Shown here: piece after piece, positions 17,911 to 28,924 of the stretch | Position numbering within the stretch: position 1 is the first letter of the stretch | Layout: every line of letters begins with the position of its first letter | NCBI GenBank assembly: GCA_016839805.1 | Contig: JAEOTO010000031.1 | Span: 32,001-96,000, forward strand | Length of the DNA stretch: 64,000 bases | Direction of reading: 5' to 3' | Source: Candidatus Hermodarchaeota archaeon | GTDB lineage: Archaea > Asgardarchaeota > Hermodarchaeia > Hermodarchaeales > Hermodarchaeaceae | Made by a program: the position numbers and the translations under genes | Notes under the pieces: model-generated | Database searches by the model: none | Seen by the model: only the letters and a program-made list of their open reading frames with translations | Told to the model about the DNA's origin: nothing

Positions 17911-18525
17911 ATGTCCAGCAAGAAAATTCGCTTATTGGGAATCTCAGGTAGCCCACGGAAAGCTGCAACAGTGTACGCCATTCAAGAAGCGCTGAACTAT
18001 GCAAAAGAGAAGTATAATGCGGAGGTTCGATCCTTTTCAGTCGCAAATAAGAAAATTAATTTTTGCATTCATTGTGATCATTGCATTCGGACTCGGGAAG
18101 GGTGTGTCTTTAAAGACGATATGGAAGAAATTTATGAATTAATGGAGTGGGCGGATGCGTATATCATTGGAAGTCCTGTATACCAAGGCAATATTAGTGG
18201 ACAATTAAAGACCGTATTAGATCGGACTCGAGCCTTGGTGGCTAGAACTCCTAAGGTCTTTGATGGGAAATTTGGTGCAGGAATTGCTGTTGGAGGAGAT
18301 CGAGTTGGAGGGCAAGAACCTACTTTACGGACTATCCATGATTTTTACACAATCAATTTCATCTTATCGCTAGGAGGAGGTGCCTTTGGAGCGAACCTTG
18401 GGGCAACGATTTGGTCAAAAGATAAGGGAGCTGCTGGAGCAGAAGCAGATAAACGTGGATTAAAGACACTTTACAAGACAATGGACCGACTTATTCTAGT
18501 CGCGCAAAGACTCCGAAAATCATAG
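17911..18525 (+). CDS. Iron-sulfur flavoprotein (Isf/flavodoxin-like)
   Basis: GISGSPRK, CIHCDHC-x5-GC, GSPVYQG, GGQE; GGTGA RBS. Confidence 0.88.
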   Translation: MSSKKIRLLGISGSPRKAATVYAIQEALNYAKEKYNAEVRSFSVANKKINFCIHCDHCIRTREGCVFKDDMEEIYELMEWADAYIIGSPVYQGNISGQLKTVLDRTRALVARTPKVFDGKFGAGIAVGGDRVGGQEPTLRTIHDFYTINFILSLGGGAFGANLGATIWSKDKGAAGAEADKRGLKTLYKTMDRLILVAQRLRKS

Positions 18526-18722
18526 ACCTAAGTCTTATTTGCTGATTTCAGTTTTGGTAAAAGAACCAAGAAATATGACCAGAAACTTTGATTCGATGAA
18601 TTCGAGACTAATTTTTGTATCTGCGATGGCTCAGGATGGTCTGTACTCATTTGTACACCCTATTGATTAATAGAAGACCTCTATTCAGAGGTTACATTGA
18701 AAAAAAGTATATCAAAGAGTAA

Positions 18723-20441
18723 TCAACCATCAATGAGCAAGGACCTAGCCAAGATTTTGCCAATTATATAATTGAGAAGAATTCCTAGCCATAATCCAGC
18801 AAAGCCGATTATGTGAGCAGTTTCTACAATTCCTGTAATAATCGAACCTATGATCCAAAATATGCCAAAGAACCCGATTGGTATGAAGGATATAAAGGCA
18901 CTAATAAAACTCACTAATATCATTTGAGTGATATGTTGTCCAATCTCAAATCCAATCAATCGACCACCGCCAATAATCCGTGTGAAGAGTACAAGCGAAA
19001 TCATCGCTGAAACGTAAACTACAGGTATTTGAGAAAAAGCAATCGCAAACGAGATGGGATTGGTAAATGGCTTAAAGAAAGATACTGCGATTACAAAGAG
19101 GGGAATCACGACACTAATGCAGGTTAAAAGTTGGGCTTTCGATCGGAGAATGCGTTCTGTTCTAATCGGCAAGGTCAGGGTGTAAACCATTCCTCGAGCT
19201 TCAAGGCTTAGAAAGAAAATCGAAGTAAACCCAAGCATCATGGTTGGGATAACCACATAGATGAGGACATCCGAGACGTATACGTATCCAGCATCCCAAA
19301 AGAACTGGAGAAAGATTGGAACCATTACAAGAATTGGTAGAAAGAACATTATCGCTTGTCCTGGTGTCCGTAATGCAATGCGCAAATCCTTGCGGAGTAA
19401 AGCGATACTTGTACTACTTACTTTCACCTTAACAGGACGAACCACACTTGGACCAGTTTGGATAATACTACCAGTTCCTATTTGCAGGAGAAATCGTCTT
19501 GACCACCTGACACCGACAAAAGCTAAGAAACCATAGATTATGACAGCGATTATGTCGGGCCAGAGGGCTGGAGTTCCATGAACCCCGGATATTAACACTA
19601 CAAAGGTTCCAAGCGAGAAGGGATAGCTGAAGGTGATAATAAACCAAACGGGGAGTAAAAGAACAGCAAAAGTTTCGACGAGGGGAATGATATAGGGAAG
19701 TATTTGAAATGAGAAGGATAAACCCATGAAAGCTACAACCCAAAGGAAAATGAAGATAATTCTGATTATTGAGCCAAGACGGGAACCACCAGTTGTTTGA
19801 ATACGGGTATAAAAGTATAGGGCGAGTATAAGCATCAAGGTGATGGCTAATCCCACTGTAATTAGAAATGAGACAAAACAAGCTAATGCTCCAATGATAG
19901 ACATTGTCGCAAGGCCATAGGCAAGAGGAAATCCGATGATAATAGTAAACATCTGAGCATCAAAAAGGCGGATGTAAGCTAAAAGTGCCAGTTTTCCTGT
20001 ATCTGAATGGGAGAGGGGAAGGTAATGTCCAATGGAAGCGGCATTGGTGGAAATAAACGAAGTGGAAATCATAAGCCCCCAAAAAACCAGGAAGCCTAAA
20101 CCGATTAAATTGAAAACTGATACAGTAAAAGCGATGGTAATCCAGCGGTTTTCAACAAGGGTTCCTAAAAGACCATTGAGCGTACTCCAGATAATGAGTC
20201 CGAAGACTCCCGCTAGCATTGCAATGAAAAAACTCACAAATCCCTTGTTTCGTTTAGTATTTGCCCGAGCTTTCTCAATTTGCTTTTCAACTAATTGGTC
20301 CATCCCCCCTTGACTCATCGACATCGCTGAACGGAATTGGATCTCAAACGCAATCTTACCTGCAATTTTCCATGCATCACCCCAACTTAGATTTTGCTTG
20401 GATTCTATGATTTCGGACACGTCTTGTCGACCATCCAGCAC
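18723..20441 (-). CDS. ABC-2-type exporter permease
   Basis: Multi-TM protein with LLRKDLRIALR and TLPI...SK repeats; adjacent to an ABC ATPase. Confidence 0.8.
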   Translation of the reverse strand: MLDGRQDVSEIIESKQNLSWGDAWKIAGKIAFEIQFRSAMSMSQGGMDQLVEKQIEKARANTKRNKGFVSFFIAMLAGVFGLIIWSTLNGLLGTLVENRWITIAFTVSVFNLIGLGFLVFWGLMISTSFISTNAASIGHYLPLSHSDTGKLALLAYIRLFDAQMFTIIIGFPLAYGLATMSIIGALACFVSFLITVGLAITLMLILALYFYTRIQTTGGSRLGSIIRIIFIFLWVVAFMGLSFSFQILPYIIPLVETFAVLLLPVWFIITFSYPFSLGTFVVLISGVHGTPALWPDIIAVIIYGFLAFVGVRWSRRFLLQIGTGSIIQTGPSVVRPVKVKVSSTSIALLRKDLRIALRTPGQAIMFFLPILVMVPIFLQFFWDAGYVYVSDVLIYVVIPTMMLGFTSIFFLSLEARGMVYTLTLPIRTERILRSKAQLLTCISVVIPLFVIAVSFFKPFTNPISFAIAFSQIPVVYVSAMISLVLFTRIIGGGRLIGFEIGQHITQMILVSFISAFISFIPIGFFGIFWIIGSIITGIVETAHIIGFAGLWLGILLNYIIGKILARSLLIDG

Positions 20442-20442
20442 C

Positions 20443-21252
20443 TTAGTCGCTATTTTTTGCTAGTGCAAGGCGAAGGGCTTTCACAGTCTGAGCAACTTCG
20501 TCATCTTGTTGAACTGCCCGAAGAAAGATTTCTTCAAGAGACCCATGAGCTTTGACCATTTCACGGAGTTCGTCAACGGTACCCTCGGCTACCATTTTCC
20601 CCTTATCTATGATGCCTATTCGATTACAAAGACTTTCAGCAACCTCAAGAATATGGCTGCTGAAAAGAATACCGCCTCCATTCTCCAAGTGAATATTCAA
20701 CACGTCTTTCAGGACGCGAACCGTTCGTGCATCTAAACCACTAAAAGGTTCATCTAAAACCAATAAGGGAGGATCATGGACGAGTGCAGAGAGAATACTG
20801 GCTTTCTGCCGATTGCCATGGCTTAAGACTGCAATCGGTTTATCATAATATTCTGCAAATTCGAAAGCTTCAACAAGAGATGTAATTCGCTTTTCAATAT
20901 GTTCTTGGTCTAGTTGTCGTACTGAGGCAACAAAATCAAAGAACTCGCGGGGGGTCAGGGATTCATAGAGAATATGGTCCTCAGGGACCAATCCAATTCG
21001 TTTTTTCACTTCAATGGGTTGAATCATCGGATCAAACCCAAAGACTTCAACATGACCTTCAGTGGGAGGAAGAAGTCCACTAACCATCTTTACGGTGGTT
21101 GTTTTTCCAGCTCCATTTGGTCCAAGTAAGCCATAGATTTCACCTGCTTGAACTCGGAAGGAAAGCTGATCAACAGCTACGGTGTCACCAAAATGGCGGA
21201 CCAAGTTAGTAGAAACGATGGGGTAACCATTACCCATGATGGATTCCGTCAT
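20443..21252 (-). CDS. ABC transporter ATP-binding protein
   Basis: GPNGAGKTT, LSHGNRQK, LDEPFSGLD, SSH. Confidence 0.95.
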   Translation of the reverse strand: MTESIMGNGYPIVSTNLVRHFGDTVAVDQLSFRVQAGEIYGLLGPNGAGKTTTVKMVSGLLPPTEGHVEVFGFDPMIQPIEVKKRIGLVPEDHILYESLTPREFFDFVASVRQLDQEHIEKRITSLVEAFEFAEYYDKPIAVLSHGNRQKASILSALVHDPPLLVLDEPFSGLDARTVRVLKDVLNIHLENGGGILFSSHILEVAESLCNRIGIIDKGKMVAEGTVDELREMVKAHGSLEEIFLRAVQQDDEVAQTVKALRLALAKNSD

Positions 21253-21312
21253 TTACTGTCTCCTGATTTCATCAATAAAGTTCAAGGCTAAAAGATTTCG
21301 GAATCAGGGAAA

Positions 21313-22527
21313 TTATTCAGTCTCTTTGGATGACTGACGTTGGTGGACAAGTGGGATTAATAATGTGGCAAGAAATGCTAGAAGTGCCATCATGAAGAAA
21401 CCAGTAACCCATGTGCCAAAGTATACTTGACTCAAAGCTACTATAGGAATGCCGAAAGCGCCTAATCCAAATCGCGCAAAGAAGCTCCAGCCAAACACGG
21501 TTCCTCGGCTTTCAGGGCTAGATAATATGGAGACCATAGTGTTATTCGCAGCTTGCGCAGAGAAAAAGGAGAAGCCAAAAAGTAACATAGCTACGACGAG
21601 TAACACATCGTTGAATACCGTTTGTACATAGGGTATAGCCAACAGTAAGAGAGCTACACCAGATAATGCTGTCATGAATATGAGTGTTTTACGCCAACCA
21701 TAAGAGTCTGTTAACCGACCCCCTACCTCTTGACCCACCATTCCACCGATATAGATGAGAGTGCCAAATAACCCAGCCAGGATAAGTAGTGCGTTTAGTT
21801 CGGTTGTAATATAGACAGGGAGCGCAGTCACTGTTCCTCGATATAGCATCCCACGAAATGCAAAGATGATGGTAACAATAATCATGACAACTGGCGTCAT
21901 CAAACTGAAGAAGCCAGTAGACGACTTGGCTTCTGTGTCAGACCTTGGTTTAACGTCGTAGACCTCTCCTTTCATTCGTAGAGTTACAAAGATGATGAGT
22001 AATCCGACTGCTGAAAGAAAGATGAAGATAACAGGCCAAAATATGGTACTGAGTATGAAAGCTGAGATGAGAGGAGCAGAGGCTTGACCAATACTACCAC
22101 CGATACCATGACGTCCTAGGGCTCTTCCACGATTCTTTTCAAAGGCGTTTGAAACCCAAGTTGTACCAGCTGGATGATACAAACCTGCTCCAAAGGCATA
22201 AATAATAAAAAGAATCGTAATGGCAATGATGCCAAGGGGCCAGAGGAAGAATAGAGCAATCCCGGCTATTACAGAGAGTGATAGGCCCATGACAATTGTT
22301 TGACGGGGTCCAATACGATCACAAAGGACTCCAGCAGGAAGTGCTCCAAAGCCAAAAATGAAGTAGGCTGGAGTATTGAGGAGTAGAACCACTAATCCTT
22401 CTTGACCAGGAAGCACAGGCGTAATTAGAAGAAGTTTAGCTGTAATAAAAGGCAAGGCAAGCATTAGTAAATGAACCAACCCATGAGATGCTCCCGTAAT
22501 GAGCAACGTCGCATTCTGGTGGTTCAT
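21313..22527 (-). CDS. MFS transporter
   Basis: About 12 TMs; motif A GVLCDRIGPR and GRLTDSYGWR; GLYHP. Confidence 0.9.
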   Translation of the reverse strand: MNHQNATLLITGASHGLVHLLMLALPFITAKLLLITPVLPGQEGLVVLLLNTPAYFIFGFGALPAGVLCDRIGPRQTIVMGLSLSVIAGIALFFLWPLGIIAITILFIIYAFGAGLYHPAGTTWVSNAFEKNRGRALGRHGIGGSIGQASAPLISAFILSTIFWPVIFIFLSAVGLLIIFVTLRMKGEVYDVKPRSDTEAKSSTGFFSLMTPVVMIIVTIIFAFRGMLYRGTVTALPVYITTELNALLILAGLFGTLIYIGGMVGQEVGGRLTDSYGWRKTLIFMTALSGVALLLLAIPYVQTVFNDVLLVVAMLLFGFSFFSAQAANNTMVSILSSPESRGTVFGWSFFARFGLGAFGIPIVALSQVYFGTWVTGFFMMALLAFLATLLIPLVHQRQSSKETE

Positions 22528-22704
22528 GATTCAATACACCTGCTTTCCTGTTGTTGTAAGGAAGTTGGCTATTTCATCTCCCCTTTAAGTTCTTTTCACA
22601 TAGTTGAAATACAGATACGTTTAGCTAATGAGGACTTTATCAAGCAGAAGAGAAAAACATTAAATTGACAAAGAAACTGGTAGCTGCACTCAACGGGGAT
22701 ATCA

Positions 22705-24090
22705 ATGACTGCCAATAATGAGAAACCAGAGACACCGCCATGGGCTGGTCGTGATCGCCTAACCTACGGTATACTCTTTTTTCTCTCCGTAATCATCAGT
22801 GCCGCTAGTGCGCTCCTCCCACCCATGACGGGAATCATCGCCCCCATTCTTGGTGTACCCTCTGATGACTGGATTGCCTTGATAGTAACCGTCTTTCTAC
22901 TCATCTCAGGATTTGCTGCTATCCCCTGGGCATACATGGCCGATCGCACAACCCGACGGAAGCTTCTCATTATCAGCACCTTTTTTTGGGTCTTCTGGTT
23001 TATTCCCATTCTACTCCCAAACATATCGTATTGGACCCTCTTTCTCTTCTATAGTTTAGCAGCCATTGGAATAGGTGCGACAGGACCCCTTGCCCTGTCA
23101 ATGACCATTGATTGTGTACCCTCTCACTTCCGGTCCACGACCATTGGCTTATTAGGCACCGCAGCAGGAGCAGGGTATGGCTTGGGCTTCATTATCAGCG
23201 GGCTCCTCGTTGAAACCGTTGGGTGGCAAATGCCCTTCCTCATCATCATAGTAATTGGATTTGCCACTGGATTTTTTCTATTACTCACTCGAGAACCCCC
23301 ACGAGGACAACACGACGAATGCCTGATTGACCTCCATCAGGCTGGTCACGTCTACAGCTACAAGCTAAACCGACAGGACCTGCATCGCATGTGGCGTAGA
23401 CGATCGAATATTTGGCTCATCGTAGTAGGTATAATTGCCATCATTCCCACCGCTGCCTTCGGTGCATGGGCCGTTCGATGGCTTAATGTGGACCATAGCC
23501 TCAGCATTTTTGTTGCAACCATCTTCATGACGCTAGCGTTAGCTAGCCAAATTGCTGGCACAGCTTTTTTTGGTCGATGGGGCGACCGCTTGTTCCAGAA
23601 GGATAAACGTGGACGCACCTATCTCATCCTACTCTGCTGTTTGGCAGCCGGACCACTCCTTCTCATAGCATGTTTCTATCCATTCACCGTAGCTCCTACA
23701 TCCACCATCTTTGACCTCTTCTTAAATCCAATTACCCTGATCTTTTTCATCCTCGTGTTCGCAGGTACTTTCTTTGATGCAGGTATCTCACCTTTGATCT
23801 ATGTAAGCGCAGGAGACATCAATCCACCTGAAATTCGCAGCACCGCTTTATCACTTCACCTTCTAGCGCACGTAATGGGGGTAGCCCTTGGCACTCAACT
23901 AGCGCCTACTTTCGCAGTTCTTTTCTTCGGGGGAATCTACTCACCCGCCTTAGCTGTAATTTGCATTTTCTTTTTCATTGCAGCAGTAACCACAATACCA
24001 ATTGTCCGGGGCATTCGCCAAGATATCACCTCCACAGAAAAGGATGTCAGAAGTCGCATTGAAAATACTTCACCCAGCAAACACGACTAG
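22705..24090 (+). CDS. MFS transporter (spinster-like)
   Basis: YMADRTTRRK, GWQMPF, REPPRG, GRWGDR, PEIRST. Confidence 0.88.
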   Translation: MTANNEKPETPPWAGRDRLTYGILFFLSVIISAASALLPPMTGIIAPILGVPSDDWIALIVTVFLLISGFAAIPWAYMADRTTRRKLLIISTFFWVFWFIPILLPNISYWTLFLFYSLAAIGIGATGPLALSMTIDCVPSHFRSTTIGLLGTAAGAGYGLGFIISGLLVETVGWQMPFLIIIVIGFATGFFLLLTREPPRGQHDECLIDLHQAGHVYSYKLNRQDLHRMWRRRSNIWLIVVGIIAIIPTAAFGAWAVRWLNVDHSLSIFVATIFMTLALASQIAGTAFFGRWGDRLFQKDKRGRTYLILLCCLAAGPLLLIACFYPFTVAPTSTIFDLFLNPITLIFFILVFAGTFFDAGISPLIYVSAGDINPPEIRSTALSLHLLAHVMGVALGTQLAPTFAVLFFGGIYSPALAVICIFFFIAAVTTIPIVRGIRQDITSTEKDVRSRIENTSPSKHD

Positions 24091-24167
24091 CTGACTAAGA
24101 ATCTTTTAATCTACCAACTGGACCTAAGCATGACTGAGAGTACGTATTAGCGTTGAAGGTGATTGTT

Positions 24168-25190
24168 ATGACTAAATCTGCCTTAACAGCTGGAATTGTT
24201 AGCACAGGGGTTTATTTGCCTAAACACCGTCACATGGCTTCCTACATCTCAGAACAAACCGGAATTCCTGAAGAGATCTTAAAAACAAAATTTGGACTCA
24301 CAAGCAAAACCGTCGGCGGCCCCGAGGACGGCCCAGTCAAGATGGGTATCCGTGCCTCCCAAAATGCTCTCGACAAAACTACCGAAGTTAAGCCCAAGGA
24401 TATTGATGTGATTCTTTGGACCGGTGAAACCTTCATTGAACGACCCATGCAAGTTGCCGGTGTCAAACTTGCCTATGAAATCGGAGCCACTGATGCATGG
24501 TCTCTCGATATCAGTGCAAGATGTGCAACGCTGATGGGTGGAATCCGACTTGCCAAAGCTCTAATGACCGCTGAACCAGAAATTCAAACAGTTTTACTTG
24601 CAAGTGGCTATCAAAACTGCGATTTAATCAATTACAAAAACGAGCGAAGCCGCTTCATGTTCAGTCTAGCGGCAAGTGGTGTAGCAGCAATCATTCAAAA
24701 GGACTATCCCCACAATCAGGTTCTTGAAACGACCATCATCACAGATGGAGCCTTTGCTGATGATGTCTATTGCCCAGCAGGTGGCACGGAGTTGCCAGTA
24801 AGCTGTGAAGCAATTGAAAAGGGACTTCATTATCTCGATGTTCCAGACCCAGCTGGGATGAAGGAACGACTGGATAAATTATCTATGCAAAACTTCATTC
24901 GCGTCGTTAAGGATGCCACTGAAAGAAGTGGTTATTCGATTAACGATATTGATTATCTAGCACTACTTCACATGAAACGCAGTGCCTTCACCTACGTCCT
25001 CAACAAACTAGGATTAACAATGGAGCAAACCACCTATTTTGAGGAATGGGGGCACATGGGCCAAAACGACGCAATTGTATCTATCGAAGAAGGGTTAAAA
25101 GCCGGAAAAATCAAACCTGGCGACCTAATATGCATGGCCGCAGCAGGGATTGGCTACACCTGGTCTGCAAGTTGTATTAAATGGGGATAA
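24168..25190 (+). CDS. 3-oxoacyl-ACP synthase III (FabH)-like protein
   Basis: GVYLP, ARCAT catalytic Cys, LLHMKRS, WGHMGQND, AAGIGYTW; AGGTGA RBS. Confidence 0.88.
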   Translation: MTKSALTAGIVSTGVYLPKHRHMASYISEQTGIPEEILKTKFGLTSKTVGGPEDGPVKMGIRASQNALDKTTEVKPKDIDVILWTGETFIERPMQVAGVKLAYEIGATDAWSLDISARCATLMGGIRLAKALMTAEPEIQTVLLASGYQNCDLINYKNERSRFMFSLAASGVAAIIQKDYPHNQVLETTIITDGAFADDVYCPAGGTELPVSCEAIEKGLHYLDVPDPAGMKERLDKLSMQNFIRVVKDATERSGYSINDIDYLALLHMKRSAFTYVLNKLGLTMEQTTYFEEWGHMGQNDAIVSIEEGLKAGKIKPGDLICMAAAGIGYTWSASCIKWG

Positions 25191-25239
25191 ATTCCAGTTT
25201 CATGCATTTCCAGCGAGCGTAGCAGAATTTCTGGAATTG

Positions 25240-25398
25240 CTAGATTTCCTTTAGATGTCGTTCAACACAGTTGAGCTGATGTTCTGCACCTTTGATATCG
25301 CCTTCGGCTAAAAGCTTACGAGCGGTGGTAATGTGTTTAAGTGCACAACCCTTGAAATCGTTCGTATGTTCACATTCCTGACACTTGCTCTCTTTCAT
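25240..25398 (-). CDS. 52-aa Cys/His-rich small protein, putative metal binder (not in ORF track)
   Basis: MKESKCQECEHTNDFKGCALKHITTARKLLAEGDIKGAEHQLNCVERHLKEI*, with AGGTGA RBS upstream. Confidence 0.7.
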   Translation of the reverse strand: MKESKCQECEHTNDFKGCALKHITTARKLLAEGDIKGAEHQLNCVERHLKEI

Positions 25399-25548
25399 CA
25401 ATGATGAGTCACCTTAGATGGACAAAAGTTCACAAGTTCCTCTTATGTCTTATCACCGAACCTATCAATTCAATTTGATTATGAAGAAAAATCGGTTTGA
25501 ATCCTCCCATATCCAAATCTAAAATCATAACGAATTGAAGAAGACATT

Positions 25549-26577
25549 TCAGGGGGAATTGCGTGGTGAAGAAGTACTCAGTTTCACCGCATCCATTATT
25601 GAAACAATTTTGCCAGTAGAAAGATGATAACCAGCGACGGCATTCGCAAATTTTGTGGCTTCAGGGATGGTTAATCCAATTTGTTGTCCTGCTAAGAAAC
25701 CAGCGTGCCAACAGTCACCCGCTCCCGTTGATCGAATAATAGGAACTTGAAAACTAGCTTCAAGAGCAAGTTGTTTATTTTTTTGCCAAATTTCAGCTTT
25801 TGTAGGTGTATGTAATCCAAATAGTATGTTAGGAAAGGTTGAGGATAGAAATCGGATTGCCTCCTCAGGTGTTTTCTTTGGTTTTCTGGCCAACAATCTA
25901 ATTTCAGTCGCATTACCAAAAATTTGTGAAGGAGGTCGTGTATGTTTTAAGATTCGCTTCCAAATTTTATTTATTCGGTGAATATGTGGGGTGAGGTCCG
26001 AAAAATCGATTGAAATCTTCACATTGTTTGGCGTTTTATGAAGAATCGCCTCCACAAGTTCTTCCATTTTTAAGTTATGAGCATTGGTAATTACAATCGC
26101 ATCACTCTTTTTCATGATGTTCCATTGTTCTTGCGTCAGTTTAGCGGATGAGAAATCTGCCACACTTCCTGAACTATTTACCATTACATTATTCTTACTT
26201 GAGCCATGTGGAATCTCAAGAATCATAGAACTTGCTAAGTCACCTGTGTCAGTTATTATGGTATTAACGTTTAGAGGATGTAAGAAAAATTCGATGAGAT
26301 GTTTACCAAGTGGAGATGTTTCAGTTAAGAAAGTAGTCGATACACCCAGTCCGGCTAATATTTTAGCAACATTCCCTGCATTTCCTCCCGAAACGAGTTG
26401 AATGCTTGGTCCTAATAAATTCCCTCCACCTCTTGAATAAATGTCACTTATTCCAGCCATTAATTTCTCGTAAGACATATGTGGATTAACAATGATGTCC
26501 AAATAGAAATCCGGCAGAACTGTCACATTGGATTTTTTTATCTTTTCTAATGCTGATTGAATATCAATTGATACCAT
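25549..26577 (-). CDS. PfkB-family carbohydrate kinase
   Basis: GGNAGNVA, GNATE, STGAGDCWHAG, FANAVA. Confidence 0.85.
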   Translation of the reverse strand: MVSIDIQSALEKIKKSNVTVLPDFYLDIIVNPHMSYEKLMAGISDIYSRGGGNLLGPSIQLVSGGNAGNVAKILAGLGVSTTFLTETSPLGKHLIEFFLHPLNVNTIITDTGDLASSMILEIPHGSSKNNVMVNSSGSVADFSSAKLTQEQWNIMKKSDAIVITNAHNLKMEELVEAILHKTPNNVKISIDFSDLTPHIHRINKIWKRILKHTRPPSQIFGNATEIRLLARKPKKTPEEAIRFLSSTFPNILFGLHTPTKAEIWQKNKQLALEASFQVPIIRSTGAGDCWHAGFLAGQQIGLTIPEATKFANAVAGYHLSTGKIVSIMDAVKLSTSSPRNSP

Positions 26578-26751
26578 AACGACTAACCCCAGTATGTCGC
26601 CCAAGATAATCAAATCTTATAAATTAAAATCATTACTTTTGATAGAGTAGCACTCCTAAAAGTGGAAAGTTTAGTTTTGAAATGCAGGAAAGCCTATTCT
26701 TTTGTATTACTTGCCAGCTTTTGTATCCCACCTTGACTGAGGTTTGAGACA

Positions 26752-27231
26752 ATGTCAGATTGGATACGACAAGCTTTCACCGATGGGCTCTATGGCAAAC
26801 TCGCACACTACGATGTGCTCAAAGCCCTTGAAGGAATCACACCAGAACAGGCAAAGAAAAAATCATACAAGGGTGGGCATTCGATTTGGGATCACCTCTT
26901 CCATATCGTGTTTTGGCATGATATCACGATGAAAGCAATTCAGGGAAAAGCCATTGATTGGGATGCCATCAAGGGTACTGACTGGTTACAATCCGATGCA
27001 AAGCTTACGAAAAAATCGTGGGAGAAACTCGTCAAGAGCTTTGCCAAGCATCTTATCGAATTGAAAGAACTTGCTGAGACTGAGGACTTGACACAACTTA
27101 TCAAAGGATTCGGGGACATGCCACTGGGAAAAGGTATTCTTGTAGAAATTCAGCATAATAGCTACCATATCGGGCAAATCGTCATCCTACGCCAACTCCA
27201 AGGAAATTGGCCGCCACCTGATGACAAGTGA
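26752..27231 (+). CDS. DinB/YfiT-family protein
   Basis: HSIWDHLFHIVFW and QHNSYHIGQI His triad. Confidence 0.85.
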   Translation: MSDWIRQAFTDGLYGKLAHYDVLKALEGITPEQAKKKSYKGGHSIWDHLFHIVFWHDITMKAIQGKAIDWDAIKGTDWLQSDAKLTKKSWEKLVKSFAKHLIELKELAETEDLTQLIKGFGDMPLGKGILVEIQHNSYHIGQIVILRQLQGNWPPPDDK

Positions 27232-27498
27232 GCTCCACAAATACTTGCTCTGTACACTTGCTTGAATAGGTCGGAAACAAGATAGCTTCTAAGTTAATCT
27301 GTTCATCACGGCGCGTAATTTCGAGAATATTTGTTGGTACAGGTTTCACCTCATTAAATGTCTATTGCAGATTTGTCAACATCTTATGAGGGGAACTACT
27401 CCAAACAGAATCTTTTTACACTAATTTTGGGCGGGATAAATTAAAGAATATGTGACTTGGAAGGTTGCGAAAGATCTGACACTTCCATCAGTTGAAAA

Positions 27499-27924
27499 CT
27501 AGTACCTCTCTCCCCTCTCAGGGGAAACAGTGTTTTCAGAAGTGTTAAATCCGCGATCGCCTTCGAGCACACCAGGTTTAGCAGTAATATGCTGTACTGC
27601 GGTTTTGAGAATTTTTCGTAAACGTTCGGGTTCTAACTGTGATAGCTGTCGATAACGGAGACAACTCTTCCCCACACTTAATTTCGCTAATGATACTCGA
27701 TATTGATCCAAAACCTGAGGATCTAAATAGAGACTCACATAGTGTTTTTGAGCAGCCAAAGAGGCAAGAGTAACTCCATTCAGCGAATAATGAAGCATCC
27801 CATATTTCACCCCTTCATGGACAGTGGGAGCAACTTCGAATATCAGACTGCGTACTGACTCCAGGATTTCCCGGAGCTCCCCAGAAACATCAGCACGATA
27901 AGCCGACGGAGAAGATGCACTCAC
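27499..27924 (-). CDS. DUF1801/YdhG-like protein
   Basis: EGVKYGMLHY, AAQKHYVSLY, GKSCLRY. Confidence 0.8.
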   Translation of the reverse strand: MSASSPSAYRADVSGELREILESVRSLIFEVAPTVHEGVKYGMLHYSLNGVTLASLAAQKHYVSLYLDPQVLDQYRVSLAKLSVGKSCLRYRQLSQLEPERLRKILKTAVQHITAKPGVLEGDRGFNTSENTVSPERGERY

Positions 27925-27950
27925 AGGATGATCATTGTAGAGTCTAGGAT

Positions 27951-28679
27951 TTACTTATGGTCGAAGTTTCCTCCATCAACATGAAGGGTTTCGCCAGTAA
28001 TATATGACGCCTTGCTAGAGGCGAGAAAGAGAATGGCATTCGCAACGTCTGTGGGATGTCCAGTACGTTTGATGAGGGCTTGCTTGATAAACACAGCTTT
28101 CTCTTCTTTGGTCATACCCCAGGTGTCAATCGGTCCTGGTGAGACGGCATTAACGCGGATTGGTGCCAGTTCACGGGCTAGCCCCCGTGTAATTGGTGTA
28201 CCCGCGGTTTTAGTCAGCGCGTAACCGATGCCGCCAAGATGGTAATCCATAACGACATTCACGATGTTTCCATGTGTTTCCTTCAAGTAAGGGGCTACAT
28301 AATGAGAGCAGACTAATATGCCCATGATATTGACTCGTACCATTCGTATCCAGAGATCCCAATCCGGATTTTTAAATTGAAACAGTGGAGGCGGATGGGC
28401 TGCTGCATTATTGACGAGCACATCAATTCTTCCAAATTGATCTATGACTTCTTTGGTCATAGTAGATACGTCGGTTGGGTTTGAGACATCCGCTTTGAGG
28501 CACAAGGCTTGCCTTCCTAATTGTTGAATAGCGTCTACTACTTCATCAGCTTTCGTTGAAGAAGAATAATAATTGACGACCACATCAGCACCATTTTCTG
28601 CAAATAATCGAGCTGTTGCACTACCAATTCCTCCACTTGCTCCCGTAATAATCACGGATTTTCCATCAAAACTATGCAT
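27951..28679 (-). CDS. Short-chain dehydrogenase/reductase (FabG-like)
   Basis: TGASGGIG, NNAA, YALTK, IRVNAVSPG, ITGETLHVDGG. Confidence 0.92.
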   Translation of the reverse strand: MHSFDGKSVIITGASGGIGSATARLFAENGADVVVNYYSSSTKADEVVDAIQQLGRQALCLKADVSNPTDVSTMTKEVIDQFGRIDVLVNNAAAHPPPLFQFKNPDWDLWIRMVRVNIMGILVCSHYVAPYLKETHGNIVNVVMDYHLGGIGYALTKTAGTPITRGLARELAPIRVNAVSPGPIDTWGMTKEEKAVFIKQALIKRTGHPTDVANAILFLASSKASYITGETLHVDGGNFDHK

Positions 28680-28924
28680 AGAAATCTCCCTTCAAGTAAA
28701 TTACGTGAATAATCTACAGTATCAACCTTTTCATTCAGATTATTCAGAAGTTGTAGGCATCCGTTTGAACACAGTTCGCGTTTTTATTTATTTTAAAACG
28801 CTTTCATAAGCACACAACCACTCACAAATAATTCAGATACAATAGGGAATACTACAACCAACTCGTGTTTGAATGAAAATTAATATTTCATTAAATAAAA
28901 GTGATGATGAGGAAGGGGAATAGG

